Position numbers and translations under genes: made by a program. DNA of 33,179 nucleotides from Promethearchaeota archaeon (GTDB taxonomy: Archaea > Asgardarchaeota > Hermodarchaeia > Hermodarchaeales > Hermodarchaeaceae). Each line of letters begins with the position of its first letter. Within the stretch, counting starts at the first letter, position 1. The notes beneath the pieces are model-generated. The model was not told the origin of the DNA, did not search any database, and was given only the letters and a program-made list of their open reading frames with translations. The DNA is taken from assembly GCA_048938385.1 (NCBI GenBank), contig JBHLMG010000025.1, positions 1 to 33,179 on the forward strand, given 5' to 3'. Below, one piece after another: positions 15,701 to 24,812 of the stretch.

Positions 15701-18093
15701 GCGTCTAGCTGCTTAGAATGCTTGGATTGTTGGGCGGTGAGAGTTTTTTGCACTTGAGTTGTAATGTCTTGCACATTTGCTTCGATTGTATTGGTAATTT
15801 CGGTACTTACTGTCTTCTGCACCGCGGCTGGAAATTGTTCGTTGATTTTTGAGAATGCAGCAGAGATAGTTTGCAGCTCTACGGCTTCTAACTGAGTTTG
15901 CTTTTTCTTCTGATAGGTCAGAAAAGAAGCGAGGCTATATTCAGGAATTAGTTCAGAAAGAACGGTGTTTAGATCATTAATCAATTGTCTGTCTCGTTTG
16001 GATACCTGAGTCGAGAGTCTTCGAAGGGCTTTGGAAGCGGCTTTTTCACGACTTTCTGTCAAAACCTCAAGCGCTGAGGGGTAATTCGTCATCGCTTTTT
16101 TAATTCTATGAAGCTGTTCTTCACGAAGTGTTTCAGCAGTATTTCTGATGCCCGCCGAATATTCGTTAAAGGTAGCTTCAAGCTGAGAAATTTCCTGTTG
16201 AAGTGCGCTCGTGGCACTTGAAGTGATTTTCTTTAATTCGGTTTTGAAGCTCTGCAGTTGCTTATCAACCACTATTTGAGCAGCTGTAGATTTTGCAAGG
16301 TTATCGCTCGCTGCTTGGGTTATCTCCTTGCGCATCTTGCGAAGACGGTCCTTGACGAATTGGTCGATTTGTCCTTCTATGCTTAATAGGGTCTGAAAAA
16401 TCCCAGAAGCCTCTTGATTTAAGAGTTTTTGAGTTCGTTTGGTAAGCGTTCGGTTTTGTTCCTCTTGAAGGGAGATTTTTGCTTGAAACTCGGTAATAAA
16501 CGATTCAGTGATTTTCCTTATAGTGGCCAACCGCCGTTTCAAGCGTTTACCAACTTGATCAGCTATATCCTGGAAACTCGTAGAAAGGGTTGATTGTTGT
16601 GTTCTAAGAGTTTCAGTAAGTTTCTGCAAAATAGTTCGCATTTCAAGAAGCTGTGCTAAGTAAGTATTTTTCAACTGAATGTTGAATTCTGACTTGCCTG
16701 TTTTGAGGAGGCGGTCGTGTTCAGCTGCCACTTGTTCTATTAGGGTGGATAAAACGGATTGTATTTTTGCGAACTGGCTAAATTGGAGAGCTTTTGGCGG
16801 CCATTGCGAAATAGTGGCTTCCGTTTCTTTTAACATACTTTGCGTTGCTGTATTATTGGTGTTAACTGCGCTAATCAAAGATTTGTGGAGGTTCTCTGCG
16901 CTTTGAATGGACGCTTCTTGTATTGCTTTAATTTCAGTTTCTGTGACTGTTGCAATTTTTTCTGTGTTTTGTGTCAGCTTTCGTGTTTCCCTATTGAAGG
17001 TTTTTTCCAGTTCCGTAGTAATCTGATCCAACATCTGTGAACGCTTCTTCAAAGCATCTCGAAGGCTCCCATCAATTGCATTGAGATCTTTTGTTAAGGT
17101 TCGTTCGAGTTCTTTTTGGAAGGTAGCAAGAGCTTGTTGGACTTGCTGATTGAAAAGTTGAATTGAATTATTCAAAGATGTAGTGGTTTCTTCTACGAAG
17201 TCGGTGATAGACTCTCTTTGAGAAGTGATCTCCGATGTTATTGCCGTAATACCTGAGTTAGTGCTGCGTTGATGAATCGACTTGGCGTCTTCAAGGTTGG
17301 CCGTGGTGTGTTTCGTTAATTCAGATGACTGTTCCAAAAATCGACTGGCCGTAGAAGTAATCCAGTTTTCAGCTTCCTCATAGTGTGTTTGTATAGCCTT
17401 TTCTGCGTCTTCTAAAGCTGATTTTTGGCTCTCTTTTAATTGGGTTATTCCTTCTTCGATAATCTGAATTAATGACTCCTGTAACCCCGTCGTTTGGCTG
17501 GAGAACTCATCAATGCTAGTATCAGATAATTTTGTTAAAGAGCTTTGTAGATTCTTTGCAACATTGCCTAGCTCAATTTTCGTTGTCATCGCCACTTCAT
17601 TTAATGAAATTCCTTGGCGTTCATTGAGGCTGTCTAAAGTGGTCTTTGTCTCTTTTAACAACGAGTCCAATTGAGCTTGAAAGTCGATAAGCATTTTCTG
17701 CTGAAGTTGTTGGAGTTGTTTCCATGAGGTTTCAGTTTCTGCAGCAAAAGCCTGAACCTCGTTTGCCAGTTCCTGATATGGGGCGAAGGCTCGATAGCGA
17801 GCAACGACACCAGGTAGGGGTTTAATGAGGTGCTTCTTTTCTAGAGCCTCTAAAGTTGAAGAAAGCTTCGCGAAGGGCACGCCCGAATAGAGACTGGTCT
17901 CGTCTTGTGTAAGCTGACCCATAATTAGTAGAGCGGAATAGACCTTGCTTTGGGATTCAGTTAATTTAAAACGAGATTGCATTACTTTGAGTAATTCGGG
18001 GGTGGTCTCAAATGGTAAGGGGCATTGGAGAGTACCGGATTCCTTCTCCGGCGAATTAGTGGGGTTGGTTTTATTCTCTTCTGGCGTCATCAC
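12709..18093 (-). CDS. Giant TrmB-like protein: N-terminal wHTH, about 1550-aa helical/coiled-coil region, C-terminal PLD-like TrmB effector-type domain
   Basis: KLTESQSKVYSALLIMGQLT..SGVPFAKLSSTLEALEKKHLI..RYRAFAP (TrmB wHTH); long Q/E/L/T/S-rich, Pro/Gly-poor middle; C-terminal NHLLDMFRRVNATVTLVYP..VHIITT..SRDGEEVLIAP..AIVSDQ. Confidence 0.85.
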   Translation of the reverse strand: MMTPEENKTNPTNSPEKESGTLQCPLPFETTPELLKVMQSRFKLTESQSKVYSALLIMGQLTQDETSLYSGVPFAKLSSTLEALEKKHLIKPLPGVVARYRAFAPYQELANEVQAFAAETETSWKQLQQLQQKMLIDFQAQLDSLLKETKTTLDSLNERQGISLNEVAMTTKIELGNVAKNLQSSLTKLSDTSIDEFSSQTTGLQESLIQIIEEGITQLKESQKSALEDAEKAIQTHYEEAENWITSTASRFLEQSSELTKHTTANLEDAKSIHQRSTNSGITAITSEITSQRESITDFVEETTTSLNNSIQLFNQQVQQALATFQKELERTLTKDLNAIDGSLRDALKKRSQMLDQITTELEKTFNRETRKLTQNTEKIATVTETEIKAIQEASIQSAENLHKSLISAVNTNNTATQSMLKETEATISQWPPKALQFSQFAKIQSVLSTLIEQVAAEHDRLLKTGKSEFNIQLKNTYLAQLLEMRTILQKLTETLRTQQSTLSTSFQDIADQVGKRLKRRLATIRKITESFITEFQAKISLQEEQNRTLTKRTQKLLNQEASGIFQTLLSIEGQIDQFVKDRLRKMRKEITQAASDNLAKSTAAQIVVDKQLQSFKTELKKITSSATSALQQEISQLEATFNEYSAGIRNTAETLREEQLHRIKKAMTNYPSALEVLTESREKAASKALRRLSTQVSKRDRQLINDLNTVLSELIPEYSLASFLTYQKKKQTQLEAVELQTISAAFSKINEQFPAAVQKTVSTEITNTIEANVQDITTQVQKTLTAQQSKHSKQLDALFLGIREKLASVQRQTNDRLTSLVDQTLQEKISSILQDCKRKVGRQIRRRKQIDKLIRTTLEQIKTTTNQILGPSNKTLSSKLKQEIANIFQSFEAQLTPQTDRAKQVSSIFKSTLTSLEQVPNEILLEVYEQQLNDQVATVYSPVQEVKSAFEQLLQTFVTNIQAELQSLNAQRKGINTAETLTKTISTALQNTTEKMIEDTRRTLEETRTEVESQISPVFLTTLESTLAKQLLPKLKEFYTNQVPKIKPILKGTGTELSEEWEKFDADSKALTEKHWLPLTYFIDEYSTTTAVNLNALSTAITTSVDQTMVNTATAMTMFEDDVGNLLTATAQAFDREKTGVKEQITQGFNKMQEDWVSQLQETQGMLETLSQEVAVQKTSLNQKMDTMAEDIKTVTSNLGGIREPADAFVANIETELEEQEGRIENLSKSIQDLIFEQSSKIIEGIGEIETGLENFQQNQLQSAQNIIEEIGQACTTNIDQQHMAIKKHLETFASTLSDETEQYINNLQQEIVQLQTVAAKLVDKIKTNRTALETELQDRIQTYHEDLISVLDEQHTSIDKDVSSALESLIEQISTSQTNVVTQLSKWKDEGKEKLDLSSAQIKTDLDDTLSKAISKSAQITQTQQSTVTGETEQLTLKVLDCLSSIDEKAKTTSDVLIQTLTTNFSTLSTEVDKLFSDTSATIEEDVEKFNNSISQETEQTFQSYTQQLDLTKNRLTRATDDSIRHTTENLQAFKDTATTELQQRSTAVEAALKQNISSVEEGLVTQAQQTGNRVSGALSKERTTLKTEHQKLSKDMTSNFSSTVTNSIKTLQLFTQKTEPLLDELRKHASDTEQILTSLWDTLTGVQPAEAERTWRIVSCQGIQNHLLDMFRRVNATVTLVYPSFDEVPIDELSKVRPQNRVHIITTLDGEKQRTAAQKLLQQGNIRIWDNPNMEFYGGSRDGEEVLIAPTYGNQGEIVAIVSDQASYIALFNQTLGPRWISASKEIRLSS

Positions 18094-18209
18094 TCATCAC
18101 CTTCTACGCGTATAGGTACTTGCGTAGGTGTGGAATATGATTTGTTTCTCAAGTCTAATTGTTTTGCATCACCCTCTATAAGGATGATGCGTAACAGTTC
18201 CGTAGTGAT

Positions 18210-19373
18210 CTAGAACTTTTCTTTGAGTATTTGCTCTAGGGCTGCTAAAACGCCAGATCCCAATGGGAATTCGAATCCAAGACGCTTCAAGGCAATTTCA
18301 ATTATCGCTATCGTTGAAAGGATATCGCGCTCAGTGCAGATATTCATGTGATTGGTTCGCCAAATCTTACCTTTCACAGGACCTTGTCCACCTGCAACGA
18401 GGATTCCTAAATTACGAACCTGCGTCCGAAATTCGCTATCATTGATGCCTGAGGGGTATTTGACGGCTGTAACGGTGTTAGAATAATGAGCAGGATCAGC
18501 AAGAAGATCTAGTCCCATCCCTTGGTATCCAGCACGCGTGATGCGTCCAAGTCGTCGATGGCGTTCAACGCGTTGTTCATAACCTTCTTCGAACATCATA
18601 GTCAAGGATTCGTGAAGTCCATAAATGAGACTCACGGCTGAAGTAAAGGGAGAATCACCGAATCCATCGTATCGCTTCTTTGCTTTGGGCAAGTCAAGAT
18701 AGAATGTGGGATTAGGTTGTTTTCGACTTTCAATGTGCCTCCATGCACGTGAACCAACCCAGATGATGCCTAATCCAGGAGGTACTCCTAGACATTTTTG
18801 GCTCCCTGTCACAAGGATGTCAAAATTCCATTTATCAGGGTAAACATAATCTCCACCAACCGAGGTTATACCGTCAACGAGTAAGAGGCGGTCATAGTCA
18901 CGAACAATCTGCCCAATTTCCTTAGCAGGATTCAGAACACCTGTAGATGTCTCGTTATGGCAAATAGTTACTGCTCGAATAGTCTGATCAGAGGCTAATA
19001 CATCTCGAATTCCATCCGGCTCCGCGGCTTCTCCATATGCGTATTCTACAACTTCTGATACGCCTCTGAAGGCCGTGGTGAGTTCAGACCATCGTTCGCT
19101 AAATTTTCCATTCACAACATTCAAGACTTTTTCACCAGGTTCAATGATGTTCGCAATAGCAGCCTCCATTGCTGCCGTGCCAGAACCTGCGAAAATCAAG
19201 ACATCTTGTTCTGTGTGAAGTAATCGCTGCAACAGTGCAACCGTTTCCTTGTAAAGAGTCTGATACTCCTTTGTCCTATGTCCGTAAACCATTCGAGACA
19301 TTGCCCGATAGACTCGTGGATGGACAGGTACAGGTCCAGGGATCATTAAAGTCGTGAGTTCTTCATCATACAT
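18210..19373 (-). CDS. Class V PLP aminotransferase (alanine-glyoxylate/serine-pyruvate family)
   Basis: MIPGPVPV, GSGTAAMEAA, HNETSTGV, VDGITSVGG, GSQKCLGVPPG (Schiff-base Lys present). Confidence 0.95.
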   Translation of the reverse strand: MYDEELTTLMIPGPVPVHPRVYRAMSRMVYGHRTKEYQTLYKETVALLQRLLHTEQDVLIFAGSGTAAMEAAIANIIEPGEKVLNVVNGKFSERWSELTTAFRGVSEVVEYAYGEAAEPDGIRDVLASDQTIRAVTICHNETSTGVLNPAKEIGQIVRDYDRLLLVDGITSVGGDYVYPDKWNFDILVTGSQKCLGVPPGLGIIWVGSRAWRHIESRKQPNPTFYLDLPKAKKRYDGFGDSPFTSAVSLIYGLHESLTMMFEEGYEQRVERHRRLGRITRAGYQGMGLDLLADPAHYSNTVTAVKYPSGINDSEFRTQVRNLGILVAGGQGPVKGKIWRTNHMNICTERDILSTIAIIEIALKRLGFEFPLGSGVLAALEQILKEKF

Positions 19374-19489
19374 TCTAGTACAGCACCTAACAGCTGTAAT
19401 TCCTCAGCATCACAATCAATGCTATAAGCCTTTGCGTCTTCAAAGGCAAAGAAGTACATTTAAGCTTCTGTGAATAGCTTCCCGGACCA

Positions 19490-21154
19490 TTAGGCGGGGA
19501 AGTGCCGGTATTTCAAATAGGTTAATGCTTCGTAGAAATACTTCCCGCCGAACACACCACTGGTTTTTAATCCACCAAGATGCGGATAAAATGTATCGAA
19601 GTGGAGGTGATCGGTGTTAATAGCGACTCCAGGAGATTCTATCTCATCGAAGAATCGTTGCCAAATATCTGGATCGTCACTGTATACTGAGGTTCGAATG
19701 CCGTAAGGAGTATTGTTGGCTTGAGCAATGGCTTGATCGAAGGAATGAATTTTCATGACCGGTAATACGGGTCCAAAGGTTTCCTGGTACCACATTCTGC
19801 AATCTAGGGGTACATCTCGCAGTATCGTGGGCTTGTAGAAAAGCCCTGCATCATCTCGGTCCCCGTGGACATTTAAGCGATAACCTCCGCATTCCAGTTT
19901 CGCTCCTTTCTTTAGTGCTTCTTGGGTCATATCCACAACTTGGTATAAGGCACGGCTTCCTAAGATTGGTAAGTCTGTATCTGGATTTGCCGGAAGGCCG
20001 GTTTTCAACGATTCACTTTCTTCAACCAGTGCTTCAATGAACTCATCGTAAATAGCTTCATGAAGGAACAACCGTTTTGCTGCAAGGCAAATTTGTCCTG
20101 AACCAAAGAAACGCGCATGAGATACAAACGCAGCGGTCTTTCTGATATCCACATCTTTCCAAACCAAGCTTGCGCCACTCCCTGCCAGCTCAGGTATAAA
20201 ATGTATGCCGCGTTGGATGGCTTGAGCCATTAATTGCAGACCAATCTTTGAATCGCCATAGTATACCATCGCGTTTAATGGGGCTTTTTTGACCATGTAT
20301 TGTGCAATCGGTCGGGCGGGGCCAATGACGGCTTGAAAGGCACTTAATGGAAATTCCAAGTTTTCCATGGCATCTCGGAGCACATAAGCGAGTTCCATGT
20401 TGGTGAGCGGCATTCGTGCAGGCGTTCGTGTCACATTCGCGTTTCCGGCATAATATGAGCTAAGAATCGCTGTAAATCCTAAACCTAGTGCCGTATTGTA
20501 AGGTGGAAAGATCCCTACTGCACCAAAGGGGTACCTGGTTAAGACCGTTCTCTCTCCGTTAACAGAACAAGGAATCTCTTTTGCTTCGAGTCTATTTGTG
20601 ATAAAATCCGCTTTTTCTTGACAAAGAGTATTGAAGGATTTAATTGTCTGCCAGTCAAATAATTTGATAGGCGTCCCTTCTGCAATGGCAATCGACTTAA
20701 ACGCATCGTAATGCTTCCACATAAAATCGCTTAAAGGAAGAAGGCTTGCCATCCGCTCTTTCAGGGTTAATCCCTTCCCCTTTTCATGTAACTCACGATG
20801 CATCAAATGTCGGATTCTCGCTGCTTCTTCACAAGCTATTGCTGTCTCCTTAACGCCTCCGACGGCATATTTAGCAAAAAGAACCTCATGAATCTCATCC
20901 TTAGAAGCCTTGGGATACCCGTGGACTCGAATATAATCTTTAAGCATCCGAACCTCTGGCGTTTTCTCTGGCAATAACCCGCTGAAATAACGAGCTGCGA
21001 AGCGACTCAGCGTTTTTTGCCCTTCCAAGGCCATGGCAAAAAGAATTCGTGGCTCACCAATCACCTTATTCATATTCGGGAAACTACGAACTTGCCCTTC
21101 TTGTGGCTTAGTGATTTCACCTTTGATTAGATGTCCAAAGAACCGCATTGACAA
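19490..21154 (-). CDS. Divergent aldehyde dehydrogenase family protein
   Basis: PPYN, AGN, ELAG, SGQICLAAKR (catalytic Cys), PTIL, ETFGPV, ANNTPYG; start may be ATG 21148. Confidence 0.88.
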   Translation of the reverse strand: MSMRFFGHLIKGEITKPQEGQVRSFPNMNKVIGEPRILFAMALEGQKTLSRFAARYFSGLLPEKTPEVRMLKDYIRVHGYPKASKDEIHEVLFAKYAVGGVKETAIACEEAARIRHLMHRELHEKGKGLTLKERMASLLPLSDFMWKHYDAFKSIAIAEGTPIKLFDWQTIKSFNTLCQEKADFITNRLEAKEIPCSVNGERTVLTRYPFGAVGIFPPYNTALGLGFTAILSSYYAGNANVTRTPARMPLTNMELAYVLRDAMENLEFPLSAFQAVIGPARPIAQYMVKKAPLNAMVYYGDSKIGLQLMAQAIQRGIHFIPELAGSGASLVWKDVDIRKTAAFVSHARFFGSGQICLAAKRLFLHEAIYDEFIEALVEESESLKTGLPANPDTDLPILGSRALYQVVDMTQEALKKGAKLECGGYRLNVHGDRDDAGLFYKPTILRDVPLDCRMWYQETFGPVLPVMKIHSFDQAIAQANNTPYGIRTSVYSDDPDIWQRFFDEIESPGVAINTDHLHFDTFYPHLGGLKTSGVFGGKYFYEALTYLKYRHFPA

Positions 21155-21299
21155 TCACCCTTGAATAGCAACTGGCCCTAGTTTTCACCGAGCATCGACG
21201 CTAAATTCATAGGGCTACATGCTAGTGAAAATTGTAGAACATGACTAGCTCTAAAGTCTCTTTATTGTCCAAAGATATGCGATAGGTTGGGATGAATTC

Positions 21300-23324
21300 A
21301 TGACTTCCATCAATGATGATGAATTACTCTACACTCCTGCTGAAATAGCATTTCGTCAAAAAACCCGTAACTTTGTCGATCGTGAAATTCAACCTGTGAA
21401 GGACCAGATTGAACTTCGAGCCTTCGACTATCGCGCGTTTTTCAAGAAACTCGCGGATGTTGGCTTTTCAGGTCTGCTAATACCTGAGGAATATGGTGGG
21501 TCAAATAAACCCTTCATGTATCAACTAATTGCTGGTGAAGAAATTTCAGCGGTATCGCCTTCGGCGACAATGATGTTTGGGGCAAGCTGCACGCTTAGCG
21601 CTATTCCGATTCTCCGATTTGGTACAGAAGAACAAAAGCAGAAGTACTTGGTTCCCCTTGCGAACGGTGATAGTATTGGCGCGCTCGCCATTACTGAGCC
21701 AGCGGTAGGAAGTGACACGGCTGGGATGGAAACCAACGCGGTCTGGAATGAAAGGAAGAATTGCTGGATCCTGAATGGCGAGAAACGGTATATCACCAAT
21801 GGGAGTATTGCAGATCAAATAGTTGTTTTCGCAATTACCGATCCTAAAGTAGACAGCAAAAGCGGTATGTCTGCCTTTATAATCGAAACCACATGGGAGG
21901 GATTCTCCGTTGAACGAGAATTCACGCTCATGGGTCGGAGTGGAGTGTTTAATTCACATATTAAATTCAATAACATGCAAATTCCTAAAGACAATTTACT
22001 CGGAAAAATAAACCAAGGCTTCCTCATTTTAATGGATGAACTAGATTCCGAGCGCATAGGAATTGCTGCTGAGGCTTTAGGATGTATGCGGAAACCCTTC
22101 GAAATCGCAGTCGATTATTCCACGCAACGCATCCAATTTGACCAGCCAATTTCCCGTTTTGAAGGCGTTTCCTTCAAAATTGCTGATATGGCAACAAAAA
22201 TGCGTGCAGCACGACTCTTAGTAATTACTGCAGCTCGAATGATGGAAAAAGGACTTGCATGCACTAAAGAAGCGACCATGGCAAAGCTCTTTGCAACGGA
22301 AGTCTCCATCGAAGTGTGTGATCTTGCCATCCAAATCTGTGGAGGTGCTGGTTATGTCAAGGATTACTTCCCGCTTGAGCAATACTATCGAGATGCTCGA
22401 CTCGGCACTATTGGTGGGGGCACCTCTGAAATAATGCGGTTTTTAATTCAACGGGAAGTGTACATGGAACACAAGCGTGGAAAAGCACATGAAGGTTTAG
22501 TTCCCGAACTTGACGAATTAACCTTCGGTGCACTTATGGCAGCTATTCCCAATGGATTCCGTCCTGAACGCGCGCAAGGAGTCTCTGCCCGTATTCAGTT
22601 TCTATTTTCAGATGCAGAGCCGTGGCTGTTGACAATTCAGGATCAAAAGTGTATCGTCGAACAGATGACAACCAAGGAACCGACGATGACGATCCAAACA
22701 GATACCCAAACCTGGAAGAACATACTCGTAGGTAAATTAGATGCTATGCAAGCAATGACGGTAAAAAAGGTCACCATCGACACCGAGGATATGAATCTTT
22801 TACTTAGATTTGCTCGAATGTTTCGATTTTCTCCTGAAATATTCTATGGGCTTGAAAAAACGCGGGTTCTTCCTTCCCCTCCTTCTACCGAATCAAAATA
22901 CCAACTGGGTAAGAGTCTAAATGAAATCCAGATTGGAGATTTAGCACAAGGATCGATGACTGTCACCGTAGATCAAATCGAATGGTATGCGAAAATGTCA
23001 GGCGATTTCAATCCTTTGCACATGGATGATGACTATGCAGCGACAACCATGTTTGGTCGGCGTATTGCTCATGGCCCCATCGGTGGTGCATTGGTTGCCC
23101 GTGTTATTGGAATGCAACTACCAGGACTGGGCACTATCGCCTATAACATGAAGGTTAATTTCACTGCTCCTGTGTATCCGGGAGATGAACTCACAGCCAT
23201 TGTAAAAGCAACAGAAAAAATCCCTGAAAAGAATCTCCTCCGCCTTAGCTTCAATGTGACCAATCAAAACGGTTTAGAAGTTATGAATGGCTATGCTAAT
23301 GTTCTTCCACCCGTGAAATCATAA
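21300..23324 (+). CDS. Acyl-CoA dehydrogenase-SCP2 sterol/lipid-binding-MaoC (R)-enoyl-CoA hydratase fusion
   Basis: ACAD: AITEPAVGSD, LNGEKRYITNG, RIQFDQPI, YRDAR..IGGGTSEI; SCP2: FRPERAQGVSARIQF..GKLDAMQAM; MaoC: SGDFNPLHMD..FGRRIAHG..LPGLG..FTAPVYPGD. Confidence 0.93.
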   Translation: MTSINDDELLYTPAEIAFRQKTRNFVDREIQPVKDQIELRAFDYRAFFKKLADVGFSGLLIPEEYGGSNKPFMYQLIAGEEISAVSPSATMMFGASCTLSAIPILRFGTEEQKQKYLVPLANGDSIGALAITEPAVGSDTAGMETNAVWNERKNCWILNGEKRYITNGSIADQIVVFAITDPKVDSKSGMSAFIIETTWEGFSVEREFTLMGRSGVFNSHIKFNNMQIPKDNLLGKINQGFLILMDELDSERIGIAAEALGCMRKPFEIAVDYSTQRIQFDQPISRFEGVSFKIADMATKMRAARLLVITAARMMEKGLACTKEATMAKLFATEVSIEVCDLAIQICGGAGYVKDYFPLEQYYRDARLGTIGGGTSEIMRFLIQREVYMEHKRGKAHEGLVPELDELTFGALMAAIPNGFRPERAQGVSARIQFLFSDAEPWLLTIQDQKCIVEQMTTKEPTMTIQTDTQTWKNILVGKLDAMQAMTVKKVTIDTEDMNLLLRFARMFRFSPEIFYGLEKTRVLPSPPSTESKYQLGKSLNEIQIGDLAQGSMTVTVDQIEWYAKMSGDFNPLHMDDDYAATTMFGRRIAHGPIGGALVARVIGMQLPGLGTIAYNMKVNFTAPVYPGDELTAIVKATEKIPEKNLLRLSFNVTNQNGLEVMNGYANVLPPVKS

Positions 23325-23574
23325 TTGCAGAAAGAGAACTATGAACTGATGTACTCGATTCCCTGCTCACATCATCGAATCTAATGAATAACATAGTGAG
23401 GAGTATTCTACATGAAGCTTGGTGCGAGGTGAAAGGTTCAACCATATTCATTGAATGCGTTTCAGCTTCGTTTGGGTGGGTGAAAGCCTGATTCTGCTCT
23501 TCATTGTTCAAAATAGATGAAAACATATGAGAGATTGACTTCATAAGTTATACTCAATCATTAGGGAGCCTCTC

Positions 23575-24789
23575 ATGATGATGTATGATGTAATCATCAT
23601 AGGCGCAGGACCAGCTGGATCCTTAACGGCCAATCAATGCGCTAAAGCTGGATTGCACACCTTACTCATCGATAAAGACCGTTTTCCTCGCGAAAAACCC
23701 TGCGCAGGTGGTCTTTCCATCCGCAGTGTAAAGGCCCTTCGCCTCGCAGGGATTCAGGTCCCTCGAGATCTCATTGAACGAACCATCTTCCGGGCTGAGC
23801 TAATGGGACCTGATATGATACCCTTCCATATCCAAACGCCTAGACCATTTGGGTACATCGTCAGGAGAGGCCGTTTCGACGCTCACCTGGTTGAACAGGC
23901 TAAGCGCGCTGGAACCCACTTTATTGATGATTGTGAATTAACAAAATTCGCAATTCGCTCTGACTCCGTTACATGTCTTACTACTCAAGGAGCATTTAAG
24001 GGAAAATTACTAGTTGGAGCAGATGGTGCTGCAACAAAAGTTGGACGCCTAGCAGGATTACAAAAACCAATGAAGGCAAATGAGGTTGGCATTGCTCTTG
24101 AAGTAAATGCTCAGGTCCCTGAGAATGCGTGGCACGCAATCTTGGATCCATCTATGATTTATCTCTGGTTTCTCGATATTCCCTTCGGATATTTCTGGGC
24201 TTTTCCTCGAAAGCACAGCCTCTCACTAGGAATTGGTGGTATGGCCACTGGGTTCGATAATGTTCCGGCTTTGTTAAGGGGGTTTGCTCAGCTTTTCCGT
24301 AAACGATTGGGACTACCTCCCCTGGTTCTGGAAAAAATCCGTGGGCATATGTTGCCCGTGTTTGCCCTAAAGCTGACTGCCTTTACTGGTCACCGGGTTT
24401 TACTTGTAGGCGATGCAGCAGGATTTGTGGATACTTTCACGGGACAAGGAATATGTTACGCTCTTGAGAGTGGAATAATTGCTGGTCACATCATCAAAAA
24501 GATCGTTCAAGTTGACCAGAATCAATCTATTGCATTAGCACAATATACGCAACTCGTTCATCGACGATTTGGCCGGGAGCTTCTGTATAGTGCACAATTT
24601 GCTCAGCTTGTCCATGCGCACCGATATGGGGCGTTTCGAACGACTCGTCATCTGAGAAGCATTTCTGAGTTCATCTTCGATCTAGCTGCGGGGAATGTTT
24701 CCTACGATCGTATGCGAAGAAATCCTCTCATGTTCCTCGGACGGTGTGTAGTTCGAGAGCTTCGAAGTCGATTTTCAAGTCTTTGTTAA
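23575..24789 (+). CDS. Geranylgeranyl reductase family FAD-dependent oxidoreductase
   Basis: DVIIIGAGPAGS, FPREKPCAGG, VGADG, GYFWAFP, LVGDAAGFVDTFTGQGI. Confidence 0.93.
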   Translation: MMMYDVIIIGAGPAGSLTANQCAKAGLHTLLIDKDRFPREKPCAGGLSIRSVKALRLAGIQVPRDLIERTIFRAELMGPDMIPFHIQTPRPFGYIVRRGRFDAHLVEQAKRAGTHFIDDCELTKFAIRSDSVTCLTTQGAFKGKLLVGADGAATKVGRLAGLQKPMKANEVGIALEVNAQVPENAWHAILDPSMIYLWFLDIPFGYFWAFPRKHSLSLGIGGMATGFDNVPALLRGFAQLFRKRLGLPPLVLEKIRGHMLPVFALKLTAFTGHRVLLVGDAAGFVDTFTGQGICYALESGIIAGHIIKKIVQVDQNQSIALAQYTQLVHRRFGRELLYSAQFAQLVHAHRYGAFRTTRHLRSISEFIFDLAAGNVSYDRMRRNPLMFLGRCVVRELRSRFSSLC

Positions 24790-24812
24790 GCGGTTCATCT
24801 TGGTGTGCATAA

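Noticed and set aside
12709-18093. SMC/Rad50 or chemoreceptor call for the giant protein
   Set aside because: No Walker A/B or signature motif, hinge or Zn hook, TM helices or MCP hairpin motif.
21170-21260. Short inverted repeats in the ALDH/ACAD divergent region (TTTTCAC/GTGAAAA, GCCCTA/TAGGGC)
   Set aside because: Only 6-7 bp and widely spaced; compatible with chance.
23296-23574. 82-aa minus ORF or ncRNA in the 250-bp gap (two GGTGAAAG copies)
   Set aside because: No protein motif and no convincing stable structure.
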